Source of the DNA: Octopus bimaculoides
Lineage: Eukaryota
Length of the DNA stretch: 64,000 nt
Assembly (NCBI RefSeq): GCF_001194135.2
Contig: NC_068995.1
Span: 33,900,458-33,964,457, forward strand
Direction: 5' to 3'
Position 1 is the first letter of the stretch; each line of letters opens with the position of its first letter. Below, piece by piece: positions 1 to 12,963 of this stretch. The position numbers and the translations under genes are program-made. The notes under the pieces were generated by a model. That model saw only the letters and a list, made by a program, of their open reading frames with translations. It was not told the DNA's origin and did no database searches.

Positions 1-404
1 TTCCCCCCTCACCCCACCAGCACCCACTCAGTATCCAGACATGTGGAGCAAGGCTGGAAAAGTTCATAACTTGATAAAATTCCTTTTGATAAACTTTCAT
101 TTGAAGTTTCATGAAAGTGAAAGAAAAATTCAACAACAGCTGATAGTACTAAAATTTGGCTAACGAAAGTAGAAAAGGAGGAAAAAGAAGAAAAAAGAGT
201 AAGTATTGTGGAAATGTCATGACCAGAGAAAAATGCTAAAAATAATTTTAAACCTATTTTCCCTGCTAAATGCTAGATTCAAAAATTTTCTGCTAAATGC
301 TGAAAAAAAATGCTAGATCTAGCATAAAATATGCTAAATTGATACCATCTAGTAACCTACATAAAGTTGAATTACTAGGAAAATTCTGGCTGATTTTTGA
401 AATA

Positions 405-935
405 AATCCATGTGGCTGTGTAGTAAGATGCTTGTTTCCTATCCACATGGTTTTGAGTTCAGTGCCACTGTGTGACACCTAGGGCAAGTGTCTTCTTTCT
501 ACTATAGCCTTGGGCCAACCAAAGGCTTGTGAGTGGATTTGGTAGACAGGGTGGTTAGTATTAGGAAGGGCATCCAGCCATAAAAACCATGCCAAAAGGG
601 ACACTGAAGCCTGGTGTAGTCTTCTACCTAGCCAGCTCCTGTCAAACCATCCAGCCCATGCCAGCATGGAAACCAGACATTAAATGATGATATATGTATG
701 TATATATCTGTTTGTATGTATCTTTGTGTCTGTGTTTGTTCCCCATCACTGCATGACAATCAGTGCTGGTGTGTTTATGTCCCCGTAACTTAGCAGTTCA
801 GCAAAAGAACCGATAGAATAAGTACTAGGCTTGAAATATAAAAAAAGTACTGGAGTTGATTCATTCGAGTAAAAATTCAAGGCGGTGCCCTAGCATGGCT
901 GCAGTCTAATGAGTAAAACAAGTAAAAGATAAGAG
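405..935 (+). mobile_element. SINE family A split by an RTE 3' tail (~545-690)
   Basis: SINE head 405-545, RTE tail ending attaaatgatgat, SINE 3' half 720-935. Other partial family-A copies lie at 16735-16830, 42505-42780, 46110-46320, 53545-53600, 58030-58270 and 63100-63165. Confidence 0.8.
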
Positions 936-2149
936 ATAAATTCTCAACAACAGATAAACATTTGTAAATATAGCAATGAAGCAATATAACCCCCATAGTC
1001 CATATCAAGTAAGGTATTACACCTTTCCAAACTTTTTGCTGCTGTATGTAGATATATATATATATACATATGTGTGACCCATCTCCTGAGTACAAGAAGT
1101 TTGGCTATTTAGCCAGGTAAATTAAATAACAAATAACAACAAAAAATTCTATCAATTTTATTGTAAAAAATAAATAACATTGATTTATTAAGCAATGTTT
1201 ATACAATCAGTTTCCAACAGTGATAATGGAAATAAAAATATAAACAAACAACACATGATGTCAAGCCCAATTCTGAGGAAAAGATGAAAGAAATTTCTAA
1301 TTTCAAAATCATTTTAAGAAAATGGAGAAAGAAAACATAGCGACTTATTTGGATGTTAGCAAATATGTAATATGAGAGTATTTTCATTTGGATGTTAGCA
1401 AATATATAAATACTAGAATAGTTTCATTTCTTTAGAGGGTAACTGATGTTATGAAGCTGTACACTTTTTGAGAGACATCAAGTCTAAAGGAATGTTTTAC
1501 TAGCTTTGGTAGTAGATATTCTAAAAAAAAGTTTAAAGGAATGTTAAGAGTTGCAGCCGATTTTTCATATAAAGTAAATGTTTAAAATATTTCTACATTT
1601 CAATTATGGATCATCATAAAGGAAGAGAAAAGCAGATTTTGTACTAACAGAATGTACTATTCTTTGGTTCCATCATTTTCAGGAGTTCTTACGCTTCTTT
1701 ACAAATAAACAAGCATTTCCAAACTTGTCTGTAACTGCAGAGGAGCACTACCAGAGTGCAGGATGTGCAGACTTGTATACTATAAGTTACTTCATTACAT
1801 ACAAGAACAAGATACAGAGTTGACTCACTTGATTCTTGAAATTGTAGCTATGTTATTGTTTTAGAAAGTATACAAAAGTTGAACCAATTTCATCAGGCTT
1901 GAAATGATAGCAGCAAAACATCAAGAAGATAATATTATAAGATACTGTTCTTCCCTCTTACTCTGCTACACTTATGTACTTCACCTGAAGTAATGATGCA
2001 ACTAGACATAATACTCCTTTCTAGTGATGATCATCACACATTAGTCTCCAGTTTTACTCTCATCAACAGAACTCACCAGAAATGGTATCTGTTGGGTCTG
2101 GGGGAAGGTGCAGTACCCACAGCCCTCTGAGATAGATGTTGTTAATGTT

Positions 2150-2400
2150 CCATTTAAGTGGCTGCAAGTCAACACCTGCAGAAAAGAGATGAGTAGATGG
2201 GGAAAGAAGTTCCATGAGATTGATATTCTGGAGAGCGAGTACTGAGTACAGTGGTTAATGTGGAGGCATGGGGGAGGGGGAAGAAGAGATATGAGTGAGT
2301 TAGCAGTCCCATAATGGAGATAGCAAGAGACCAGCTAGCTTTGAGAAACATGCCATTTTAGTAGTGGCACTAAAAGCAGAAGACAGCACACTTATAGTTG
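2150..2400 (-). mobile_element. Very old CR1/Jockey-group LINE C-terminal remnant
   Basis: Minus strand resembles the 'HYYNG.C.SELAGLVP' type ORF2 C-terminus; frameshifted. Confidence 0.4.
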
Positions 2401-4787
2401 TAAGATGTTGAAATCAAGAGAATAAAGAATTCTTGGAATTCAATGTAAAATTTTGTAACAGAAATTACTTAATGAAAAATATACAAAACCTCTTCTTGAA
2501 AAAAAGCTTGACAAATTTAGTTAGAGTGATGCAAAAAGATATTGGTTGTGAGATGAAACGATATATGTACAAGTGACTTATGAATAATATTTTTACTGGC
2601 AATCAGCAATATTTAAAAATTTAAGTCTGTATTTTGTTTTGTTTTACTTCTCTAAATATTTCTTCACATCAAATAATCTCATAATACTGACAGATACGTT
2701 TATTGCCCTATGTATGTAGTATCATACAACTGTTACAGTTTGAAGATAATTTGCACACTATTTGGTCAAACTATAATTATGTTTCTATTAAAAGAAAAAT
2801 ATCATTACAAGTTGTTTGGGATTAAAACTACATAAATCAGAATGAATTTCAGAGTTGTAGCCTTCATTCATAAGTTTAACATGACCTTATTACATTTAAA
2901 ACTCTTTCATAAATATGCTGACTTCAGCTTCCCTTGACACAACCTCCCGAGGATTATAAAAAGTAGCACCAACAGCAAGCAGGTGGAGATGGATTTTCTT
3001 ACCTTGGCAACTGTTAGTTGTATGTTTTGAGTTGCCGCCCTTGCTTTTTAATTTTTAAGCCTTGTTCAACACTATTTATCTTTCCCTGATGGAGGTAGTC
3101 TTGATTAAATTCGTCACCGTCAGCACTTTATTGTGATTAGTTTCCTTCATTAAGGTACGAAAATTTTTGGTTCTATTGAACGGCGACAATATCAATTAAT
3201 TGGTCTTGCTTAATCTTAACCTTATTTTTTTCTTCAATTTTCATACTTTATAGACCTTTAATTCTATTTTCTCTCTTTAAAAGTTTGTAGCCTATTAAAA
3301 AATATGAAATAACTGCAGGTATGGTTATATGGAGACTTTTTTAAAGGAGCAGAAATTTAAGATCATAGAGACAGAGGTCTCTAAATGGAAAGGAAGTGGT
3401 TTCTCTCCATTTAGAGACTTCTGTTACAACTAAACAATACAAGACAATTCAATAATTACAAACTTAGCATTAATTCCAATGTTTAAGGATTTAATCTAGA
3501 ACATTGTTGCTAAACTTTGCCTAACAAAATGAAGGTTGACAGCAACCAAACATCCTACCAGTGCAACAAAAAATATCTCCACTATTGTAGAAACTATCTC
3601 CATCAACTGGTTCCAAGGACTAAACCGATTGACAACCAGGCCATTGCTAAGATGGTCATGAATAGAATGCTAACTAAAAATTTTGTGCAACATTCTGTAC
3701 CAAGCAAGCAAGCACAGTTTCCAGAACTCATAATGTATCCAGGACTGCCATCTCCAACCGAATTTGGTGAACAATTAAAAATAATTTCTTAAGAAGTACT
3801 TAAATTCATCAAAAACACACCAAACATTTTATATAGATTTCTGGAAATTAAAATATAAAAATGCTCTTACATTCATTTCTTGGAAGAACTGAATTTCTTT
3901 ATTGGACTTGCATTTATAGTTTACATGGCTTTAAAAATGGAATTGGGCTGATTTCTCTGCTTAGATTGATCAAGGCAAGTGAGTCATAAAACTGATCTTT
4001 AGTTCTGTAGAGAAGAACCATATCAAGAGAACCACCATTGTTATGGTGGATTTAAATAAATTTGCCTGATATATTTATATTAAAACGTATTGGATGTGAG
4101 TTTTCTCTAGCTCTTTCTGCAAAACAGTGTCAATTTTACCTCCACCTTTCTATATTGGCAATAGGGCTAAATGGGACTTTTTCAGACAGTCTTTGTAGTT
4201 AGTTATCCTTTCTGATGCCAATCCTTTTAGTTGTGTTCTATGACACAGGAAACAGTGTACCTATTCTAAAAAATATTTATCTACCAACCTACCTAGCTAC
4301 ACACATACAAAGTTTTAGCAAAGATTAATTTACCAAGTATGAAGAAATGTTTTTTTTTTCGCATTTTGAAGTTTCATAAACATCAATATCTAATACCAAT
4401 AAGCTTTTAAAAGTCATACTTGAAGTGAAAAAAAAGTAATCGAATGCTATAATTAATAAACGTGAATAGAAATATAGGCCAGACCTTAAAGACTTCTTAT
4501 ACAAGCTAAGATTAACTTTTGAAAACAAAATCCTTTGCTCAAAAATCTTGCTTTGGTCACCCCTTCTCCAGCTGTTGTTTTATCAGTTTAACATTACTTA
4601 CCTCTCAGTAACTAAAGTTATGTATTCATTATTGCTTTGTCCTTCAGTAAAAGCACATGGGCAATCAGAAATACTTCCAAGAGAGAGAGTTTAATAAACT
4701 CATAAAATTCAATAAGTAACCAATTTCTCTTTATATTTTATTTTTTTTCTTAAGTTTCTGTTTTACCCTTTTTTTTTTAATTTACAA

Positions 4788-4919
4788 TCATTTGGTGTTC
4801 TGTTGCTGTTCATTGCCACTGCCATTGGTTTCGGAATTCTTTAATAATCGAAATAATGCAGCTGCTTCTCGGATTCGACTAAATTCTATACAGAAGGTCT
4901 GTACTTCAATAAATATGTC
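4788..4919 (-). CDS. CNOT11: CNOT11 terminal coding exon 12 ([43 protein letters not shown])
   Basis: ttctggtag acceptor, TGA stop at 4790-4788, 132 nt. Confidence 0.97.
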   Translation of the reverse strand, partial: DIFIEVQTFCIEFSRIREAAALFRLLKNSETNGSGNEQQQNTK

Positions 4920-7900
4920 CTACCAGAAAGTAAATAGTTTAAAACAAAATAGAAAGAAAAAACCGAATTTAGAATGAATTCAAGACAATATCAAACAGTT
5001 TTAGTATTAATATAAACAATCTGGTAAAAAAAAAAAAAAATCAACATTATCTACAGCACCTTAAAATTTGGTGCATAGTGGCATAAAGCAGAGATGAACT
5101 TCCATGTCCAGGACACCAATCTACCAAGTAACATTCCCAGACCTAAAATTATTCCCTATGGCTTTGTGAACTAAAGCAGAAAGAGTTAAGTCACTTCTCA
5201 TAGACAAAAATCAATGAAATGTCTGAAGTAAATCTCAACACATAGCTATAAACTATGGTTTATTGCTACTAGTAGTTCACCTAGCTATAAGCAGGTAGGT
5301 CAACTGTTTAACCACTTTACTGTCACTGCTGTCATTTTATTATCAGACTTCCCATGTCAGTAGAAATCAGTAAAACATATCTTGATCCTGTATCAAATTA
5401 TTCATGAGGAATCTTATCTCACACATACTTCGTCTTTCATACAATGCTGCACAGTCAATGAAATTATACATGGATTTTACAAAATTTTTTCCACCATTTT
5501 ACATATTTTCCTGTTTGTCTATACTGGATGGTTGTGCAAATTTTGAATTGCTGCAGGGTAAATGAATGTTTTCTGAATAGTAATTTCAATAGTACCATAG
5601 AAAACAGGTGTGATTTGTCTAGCTTCTTGTATTTTCATCCAAAATGTGGCAGGGCTGATAAATGTTTAGAGATTTCTCTCTAAATGAAACTACTGGTAGC
5701 CTTGATAACCTGCAATAGATGATGGCTATCCAGTCTATTATACAGTACTCAAGCTTAGACAGAGATACTAGTACTGGTAAACTTCACTTAAGTAATTCCA
5801 TGTTGCATTCTAATTGCACTGAATTTCTATCTTTAACTCTTCCCACTGTTTGTACTTGGTGGTTAGTGGTGGTCTACATATTATCTATATCTATAAGAGA
5901 GTTTGTGTGTGTGTGCGTATGTTCCTTATGCATTCCAAAACCGAGTTGCTGATTTTGACGTAAAAAAGATTCAGTAAGTTTTTGACTACTAACTAAACTA
6001 TATATTTATTCACATATTTGCATTACAAAAATTTAACATGATCATTCTTCTTTTAGTCATCTATCATAAACATTTTATACCACCACCACAACGATGATAA
6101 CATCACATTTTCTATATGAGTGTGTTTGCGTGTTCGTTACGTATGTTAGGCCGATGACTGACAAGTATATGTGTGTGACGGTGTATGTGTCTGTCAGTAT
6201 ACATACATTTATGCGATGATTGATACACACACACACACACATCTAAAGACAGACACAGACACACCCAGGGACAGAGATAAGCTTGAAGTGTGTGTTAATG
6301 TGTGCGTGTGTGTATGTAACTTTACCCCCACCCCCACCCGACAGTGAAAAGCGCTGACTTTGAAAGTTTAGTTTAGTTGTGGCCTGGACTTCAAAAGTAC
6401 AACAATGTTCACTTTCAAGTATTAACAACATGAAGATTTGGCTGATTTAACAGCACTTTCAATACTTGCAAATACATTTGAAAAAAATGTTATTCTGGTT
6501 ATTATAACAAATTCGGAAACCTGGCGAAGTAGAAAACCTCAGCGGCTCTTTCAATATAATTACAGAAATGTTATTCCACTCCTCCTAACCAGTTTCAAAA
6601 TAATGTTTTTTTTTTAACAGTCCTTGTATGCCTCCTATGCTTCTTCATCACTATGGTCATCAACATCGCACAACCTTTTTACTGCGTTAAGTCAGTATTT
6701 ATTCTACAGCCTATAATGTTACATAGTTAAAAAATAAAGAGTAATGTCAAATTAATTTATATCTTGCTACATACATCCTTCAGCAAATGTTTTAAATTAA
6801 CGTTCGCAACAGCAGCATCTTTATACACTTTCTATACACTTGGTTCAGCATTTGCTTCAAAATTGTAAAATAAATTATTTTTGTATGAAAAACTGAATTA
6901 TGACTTCTGAATTTTTTTCAACTTCCACTTTCTTCACCGTGACATTCATTCAATTGTGAATTTTATCACATTCAGTACATGTTCCAAATAAATATTGACG
7001 TTCTGTACTTTCTTACATTGGTGGTGGAGGTAAAGAATACGTACACCATCTGCTCTTGGCATAACAAAAACCCTAACCCTAAACACCAGGTGTACATATT
7101 CTTTACTTTCGCCACATTGGTGATGCATACTAACTTTTGTTATTTTACCATTTTTTATAGCATGACTATGCTACAGAAAGTATGCTTTGCACCTGTATTG
7201 ACTACATTTAGTAACTTTTGCGAAATTGGTGACTTCATTTTGTTTCGCTTGAACTTTGTGTTTGTATGTTTGCTGTTTTCACTATTATCAATTTTATGAG
7301 TGTGTGTGTGTGTTTCTGCGTTCGTTACATCTATAGTAAACTAGAGTAAAGAATATTTTACACTGTTTTAATGAGCCAACACCTACTCTCCATGCAAATC
7401 ATAATATTCTCTTTCCTGTTCAAGATAACCTTAACATGTTTCACAGACTCATCCCCCTTATGATGCTCTCTGGTATACTCTTATTCTGTGAAATGGACAA
7501 GATGAGTATCATTTCAATATTCCATGGATTGAACAGGAGAGCCAATTACAGATGAATACCAACGGATGTTAAGACCAGAACAATCAAATCAATTAACATG
7601 TCAAATAAACTTTTCATTTACATATTTTCTATGTCATCTCAACAACCAGCTATAGTTATTTGAAATACACTTCTCTACAACGACCAGGTTTCATTAGAAA
7701 GTGAAAATAGTTTCACACTTTCAATTTCAACCAAAATTACAAAGTGTTGCATTACGAGAATGATGATGTGCGAATGATGAAAGTAACGCTTCTCTGAATT
7801 AGTCACATCTGTATTATAATAAAGAAAGCTGTTTATTATCTATTTACCAAATAAACTAGGTTCTGACTTAATAACTCTTCTTTGCAACTAAAATAACGTT

Positions 7901-10729
7901 GGCAACTAGGTTGGGTCACACAATCTTGAGGTAATTTTCGGACATTTTGATTTGCTTCTCATGTTTCACTTTCATTTGATGCTTTATGCATGCGTAGAAT
8001 TCTACTCAGACAAACATTTATGAAAATGTACATATAAATATTGTATTAAAATAAGCCACAACCAAAATAATTGCATTAAAAGACATCCATTTCTCTATAT
8101 GTTATGGTCCATCCCACTACATTTATTATTTCTATTATTACTACTGTTAAAGAATTAAAATTTTTCTTTATATCCTAACACTAAATTATAAAAGTCCTCA
8201 TTTAGTTTAAATACTTCCTCATTCACTGAGAGGTTAGTAATGTGGGTTATGCATTTTAGGTGATTGCTATTTTTATGAATGTAATTACGCTAGTTACAGT
8301 AATGGTTATGATAAAAAATGATATTTATACTAACACTAATAATAATAATATTAATTGAAAGTATAAACCAAAAATAAGTAAAATACCTATGAATAAATAN
8401 NNNNNNNNNNNNNNNNNNNNNNNNNNNNNNNNNNNNNNNNNNNNNNNNNNNNNNNNNNNNNNNNNNNNNNNNNNNNNNNNNNNNNNNNNNNNNNNNNNNN
8501 NNNNNNNNNNNNNNNNNNNNNNNNNNNNNNNNNNNNNNNNNNNNNNNNNNNNNNNNNNNNNNNNNNNNNNNNNNNNNNNNNNNNNNNNNNNNNNNNNNNN
8601 NNNNNNNNNNNNNNNNNNNNNNNNNNNNNNNNNNNNNNNNNNNNNNNNNNNNNNNNNNNNNNNNNNNNNNNNNNNNNNNNNNNNNNNNNNNNNNATATAT
8701 ATGTATGTATATATATAAAAGGCAGGATGTGTGTGTGTGTGTGTGTGTGTACATGAATGTAATTTATGCACGTTCACAAATTAGCACACATGTCGCTCAA
8801 ATTTTAGGAAGACATTTATCACGACCCTAGCTGTATTTTCATTAAATTATTTTCCCCCGAGGCACCAGTGAATAGCAATAAAAATAATTTTGAACCATAA
8901 CTTCTAACAATTTTCAAGTCGGAGAAATCCACCATTATTTGCAAACATGAGTTAAGTTCCCTTCTAGCGATGCGTTACTGTTATCTATCGCTCTCAGATT
9001 TTTAAAATTTCGTCTTTTTAGTGAGTGATTGACAGACAAAAGAGACAGAAGGGGTTGTTATGTATGTATGCATGTATGTGTGAATGCCTTCAGTCACACA
9101 CACACACACACACGAACATGTATGCGTACAAAAAACATGTATGCAATAGGTGTACGTATGTATGTGTTACCCGTATATATGTATATATACATATATATAT
9201 ATAATCATCATCATCATCATCATTGCTTAACGTCCGCTTTCCATGCTAGCATGGGTTGGACGATTTGACTGAGGACTGGTGAAACCGGATGGCAACACCA
9301 GGCTCCAATCTAATTTGGCAGAGTTTCTACAGCTGGATGCCCTTCCTAACGCCAACCACTCAAGAGTGTAGTGGGTGCTTTTACGTGTCACCCACACGAA
9401 AACGGCCACGCTCGAAATGGTGTCTTTTATGTGCCACCCGCACANNNNNNNNNNNNNNNNNNNNNNNNNNNNNNNNNNNNNNNNNNNNNNNNNNNNNNNN
9501 NNNNNNNNNNNNNNNNNNNNNNNNNNNNNNNNNNNNNNNNNNNNNNNNNNNNNNNNNNNNNNNNNNNNNNNNNNNNNNNNNNNNNNNNNNNNNNNNNNNN
9601 NNNNNNNNNNNNNNNNNNNNNNNNNNNNNNNNNNNNNNNNNNNNNNNNNNNNNNNNNNNNNNNNNNNNNNNNNNNNNNNNNNNNNNNNNNNNNNNNNNNN
9701 NNNNNNNNNNNNNNNNNNNNNNNNNNNNNNNNNNNNNNNNNNNNNNNNNNNNNNNNNNNNNNNNNNNNNNNNNNNNNNNNNNNNNNNNNNNNNNNNNNNN
9801 NNNNNNNNNNNNNNNNNNNNNNNNNNNNNNNNNNNNNNNNNNNNNNNNNNNNNNNNNNNNNNNNNNNNNNNNNNNNNNNNNNNNNNNNNNNNNNNNNNNN
9901 NNNNNNNNNTAAACCGATTCCTTATAGGACTTCCCACTAAAATTGGCTACACTCCATTTTCAACCATAAATTTTACCAATTTTGATGTATTTTGTTCAAA
10001 CTTGATACCAGCATTAACTTAGGACTCATGCCAGCATTACTTTGAATGCTTTAAGTTCCCTAAAAACGAAGAAAAAAGAAAAAAAACAACAACACTCAAT
10101 GAGTGGAAAAAAATCGATAAACTGATTCCTTATGGGATTTCCCAATCAAATTGTCTGCAACTCATTTTCAGCCAAAATTTTACCAATTTCAACGGATTTC
10201 ACTCAAATTTGATGTCGATGTTACTTAGTTTGGTTGGTTTGAAATAAAGAGCTTGATTAGCTTAATAACCCTAACTTAATCCTGAGCAAAGCCAGGCTAT
10301 ACTGCTAGTATATATATACACACACACACATGCCTCCTGTCTTCCACAACAGAAGTGTTGAGGCTGCATCCTCTGGTGAAGAGGGTTGAACTGCAAGAGT
10401 CCTGTGCCAGTGCCACGTAAGAAGCACTTGTGCCAGTGCCAAGTAAGAAGCACTCATGTTGGTGCTACATAGAAGTGCTCATGCCAGTGGAATGTTAAAA
10501 GCACCCAGCACACACTGTAAAATGGTTGTTGTTAAGAAGGGCATCCAGCCATAGAAACCAAGCCAAATCAGACTGAAATCTAGTGCAGCTTCCCAACTCT
10601 GGTTAAACTGTCTAACCCATATCAGCATGGAAAACGGACATTAAAGGATGATTATGATGATGATGCTACAGCTTCTTAAGCATTACCCTTGAGTTAAGGT
10701 GTGTTTTCCCATGAGTGTTTTATTGTATG

Positions 10730-10782
<53 letters not shown>

Positions 10783-12922
10783 TTGTTTTGGAATAAATCA
10801 CACAGTGCATGTGTTTTTATTGGCTAAACTGGCAATATGACCATCCCCAAGTACAACAACATATATATATATATACTCTTCTACTCTTTTACTTGTTTCA
10901 GTCTTTTGACTGTGGCCATACTGGAGCACCGCCTTTAGTCGAGCAAATCGACCCCAGGACTTATTTTTTGGAAGCTTAGTACTTATTCTATCGGTCTCTT
11001 TTGCCAAACCGTTAAGTTAAGGGGACATACACACACCAGCATCGGTTGTCAAGCGATGTTGGGGGGACAAACACAGACATACATATATATATATACATAT
11101 ATACGACAGGCTTCTTTCAGTTTCCGTCTACCAAATCCACTCACAAGGCTTTGGTTGGCCCGAAGCTATAGTAGAAGACACTTGCCCAAGATGCCACGCA
11201 GTGGGACTGAACCTGGGACCATGTGGTTGGTAAGCAAGCTACTTAGCACACAGCCACTCCTACGCCTATATATATATATATATATATACACATATATATA
11301 CATATATATATTTGTGTGTGTGTGTTCATGTCTTGACATTATTTCATACAGTTGTAAACTAGTGTCACTGTTGTACATTGTCATTTGATTCTAATCTTCT
11401 GTGGAATCATGACCAGCCAAACAATACCTTGCTAAGACACTGCAGAGGGTTGGTGACAAGAAGCGCATTCTGCCATAGAACATCTATTTCAATGAGTTTC
11501 GTCTGACTCTTACAAGCTTGGAAAAGTGAACATTAAAACAAAGAAATCAAAATGTAATACTATAATTACCTTTACATCAATGATCTTGTTGCGAATTAGA
11601 GACTGGAGGAAAACACAGACCAACCGAACTAGCCGGTTTTGCATGTAACGATCAGTGATGTTTTCACAGGTTGTGATACAATTTGAAATGTAAAGATGAA
11701 TGAACTCCGAAGGAAGTTCTACAGCCTGAAATAAGTTAAAAAAAACATGAGTGGTAGAGTGGGGAAAAGGAAGAAGTAAAAGGAATGCTTCAATGTTTGT
11801 TTTCTCAACGCTAATAGAATCTGGCTTGGTCAGTAAAAAATGATCTGCATCAGTTTTTATTGATGATACCTTTCTAAATTTTCTGGTTTTATTATTTACT
11901 TCAACAATAGTGTTTTTTGGCCAGATTCTACCTTAGACGGCCTGCTATCATATTTTTTAACAATGCAATAAATATCCATCCTCTTGGTATATTCTATGCA
12001 AGTCTTCTTTTATGACTTTCAAGCAATATACAAACCGTTTCCTCACTTGTACTCATCCTGCAAGACGATATTATCATCTATTTTTACAAGCAAGTTTACA
12101 TGTTTTTTTTCTAGTGTATCACCTGATATATTAGCTCTAAATTCCACATGGATCAGCTATTATTTCCACAGGAATCACTTGTTATTTCCACACAGATCAG
12201 TTATTACTTCCAAAGGGATCAGCTATTATTTTCAGTGCTCATCTATGGAATAAATCACTCAATTTACTCTTAACAATTATTTTCTCAACAGACATCTGCA
12301 TTTTCACAAATATTCCCTAACAAGAGACTAGGATTAATTACACCAAAGTTTTTAGCCATTGCTGAGTTTGTAAATCAAATAAATTTATTAGCTACATAAG
12401 ACAGGCATAAATGTCTGTCATATTTATTCAATTTCACATGGACAGTAAATGAGGAAGTGACTGGATGACAGTTTTGACCATTCATACAATTTCATCAGCA
12501 ATTACATGACATTTTACTGCCACAGCAAAACTGTTTTTATAGCTACTGTTGTTACTTTGCCTATAACTAAATCAGTTAGACAGATTTGTATTATCTGGTA
12601 TATTTTCAGTTGTTCTATTACACAAATTATTGACATACCAGCAGTGTGTATTTTTCATACTAAAATTTACTATGGTATATACCCAGAGATTTTTAGCAGT
12701 AACTGTGTTCATAAATTAAATAAATTTACTAGAAATATGAGATAAATGTAAAATACATTATATACATGTTAAAATGTATTTAACATTGCTGTATTAAAGT
12801 TTCAGGGTAAAACCCAAATTTGGTGATGGCACATGCCTAGCAATTCAATTATTGATGTTTTGAGTACAGCTAGAAATCTTTTTTTGAAAAATGTAAGTAA
12901 TATCTAATAGCAGTCTGACAAT

Positions 12923-12963
<41 letters not shown>

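Noticed and set aside
1347-1405. Direct repeat atttggatgttagcaaatat x2
   Set aside because: Only two copies, probably a small local duplication in decayed TE sequence.
3291-3318. Possible 28-nt + strand micro-exon (PIKKYEITA, AG/GT flanked)
   Set aside because: No partner exons in compatible phase could be linked, and such matches are expected by chance.
3517-3792. 91-aa + strand ORF (MPNKMKVD...) as a convergent gene's last exon
   Set aside because: No recognisable homology and no convincing acceptor; it may lie in the CNOT11 3' UTR or downstream region.
8290-10022. Long ORFs in the track at 8.3-10.0 kb, 52.7-53.4 kb and 54.4-55.3 kb
   Set aside because: They are open only because they run through N gaps.
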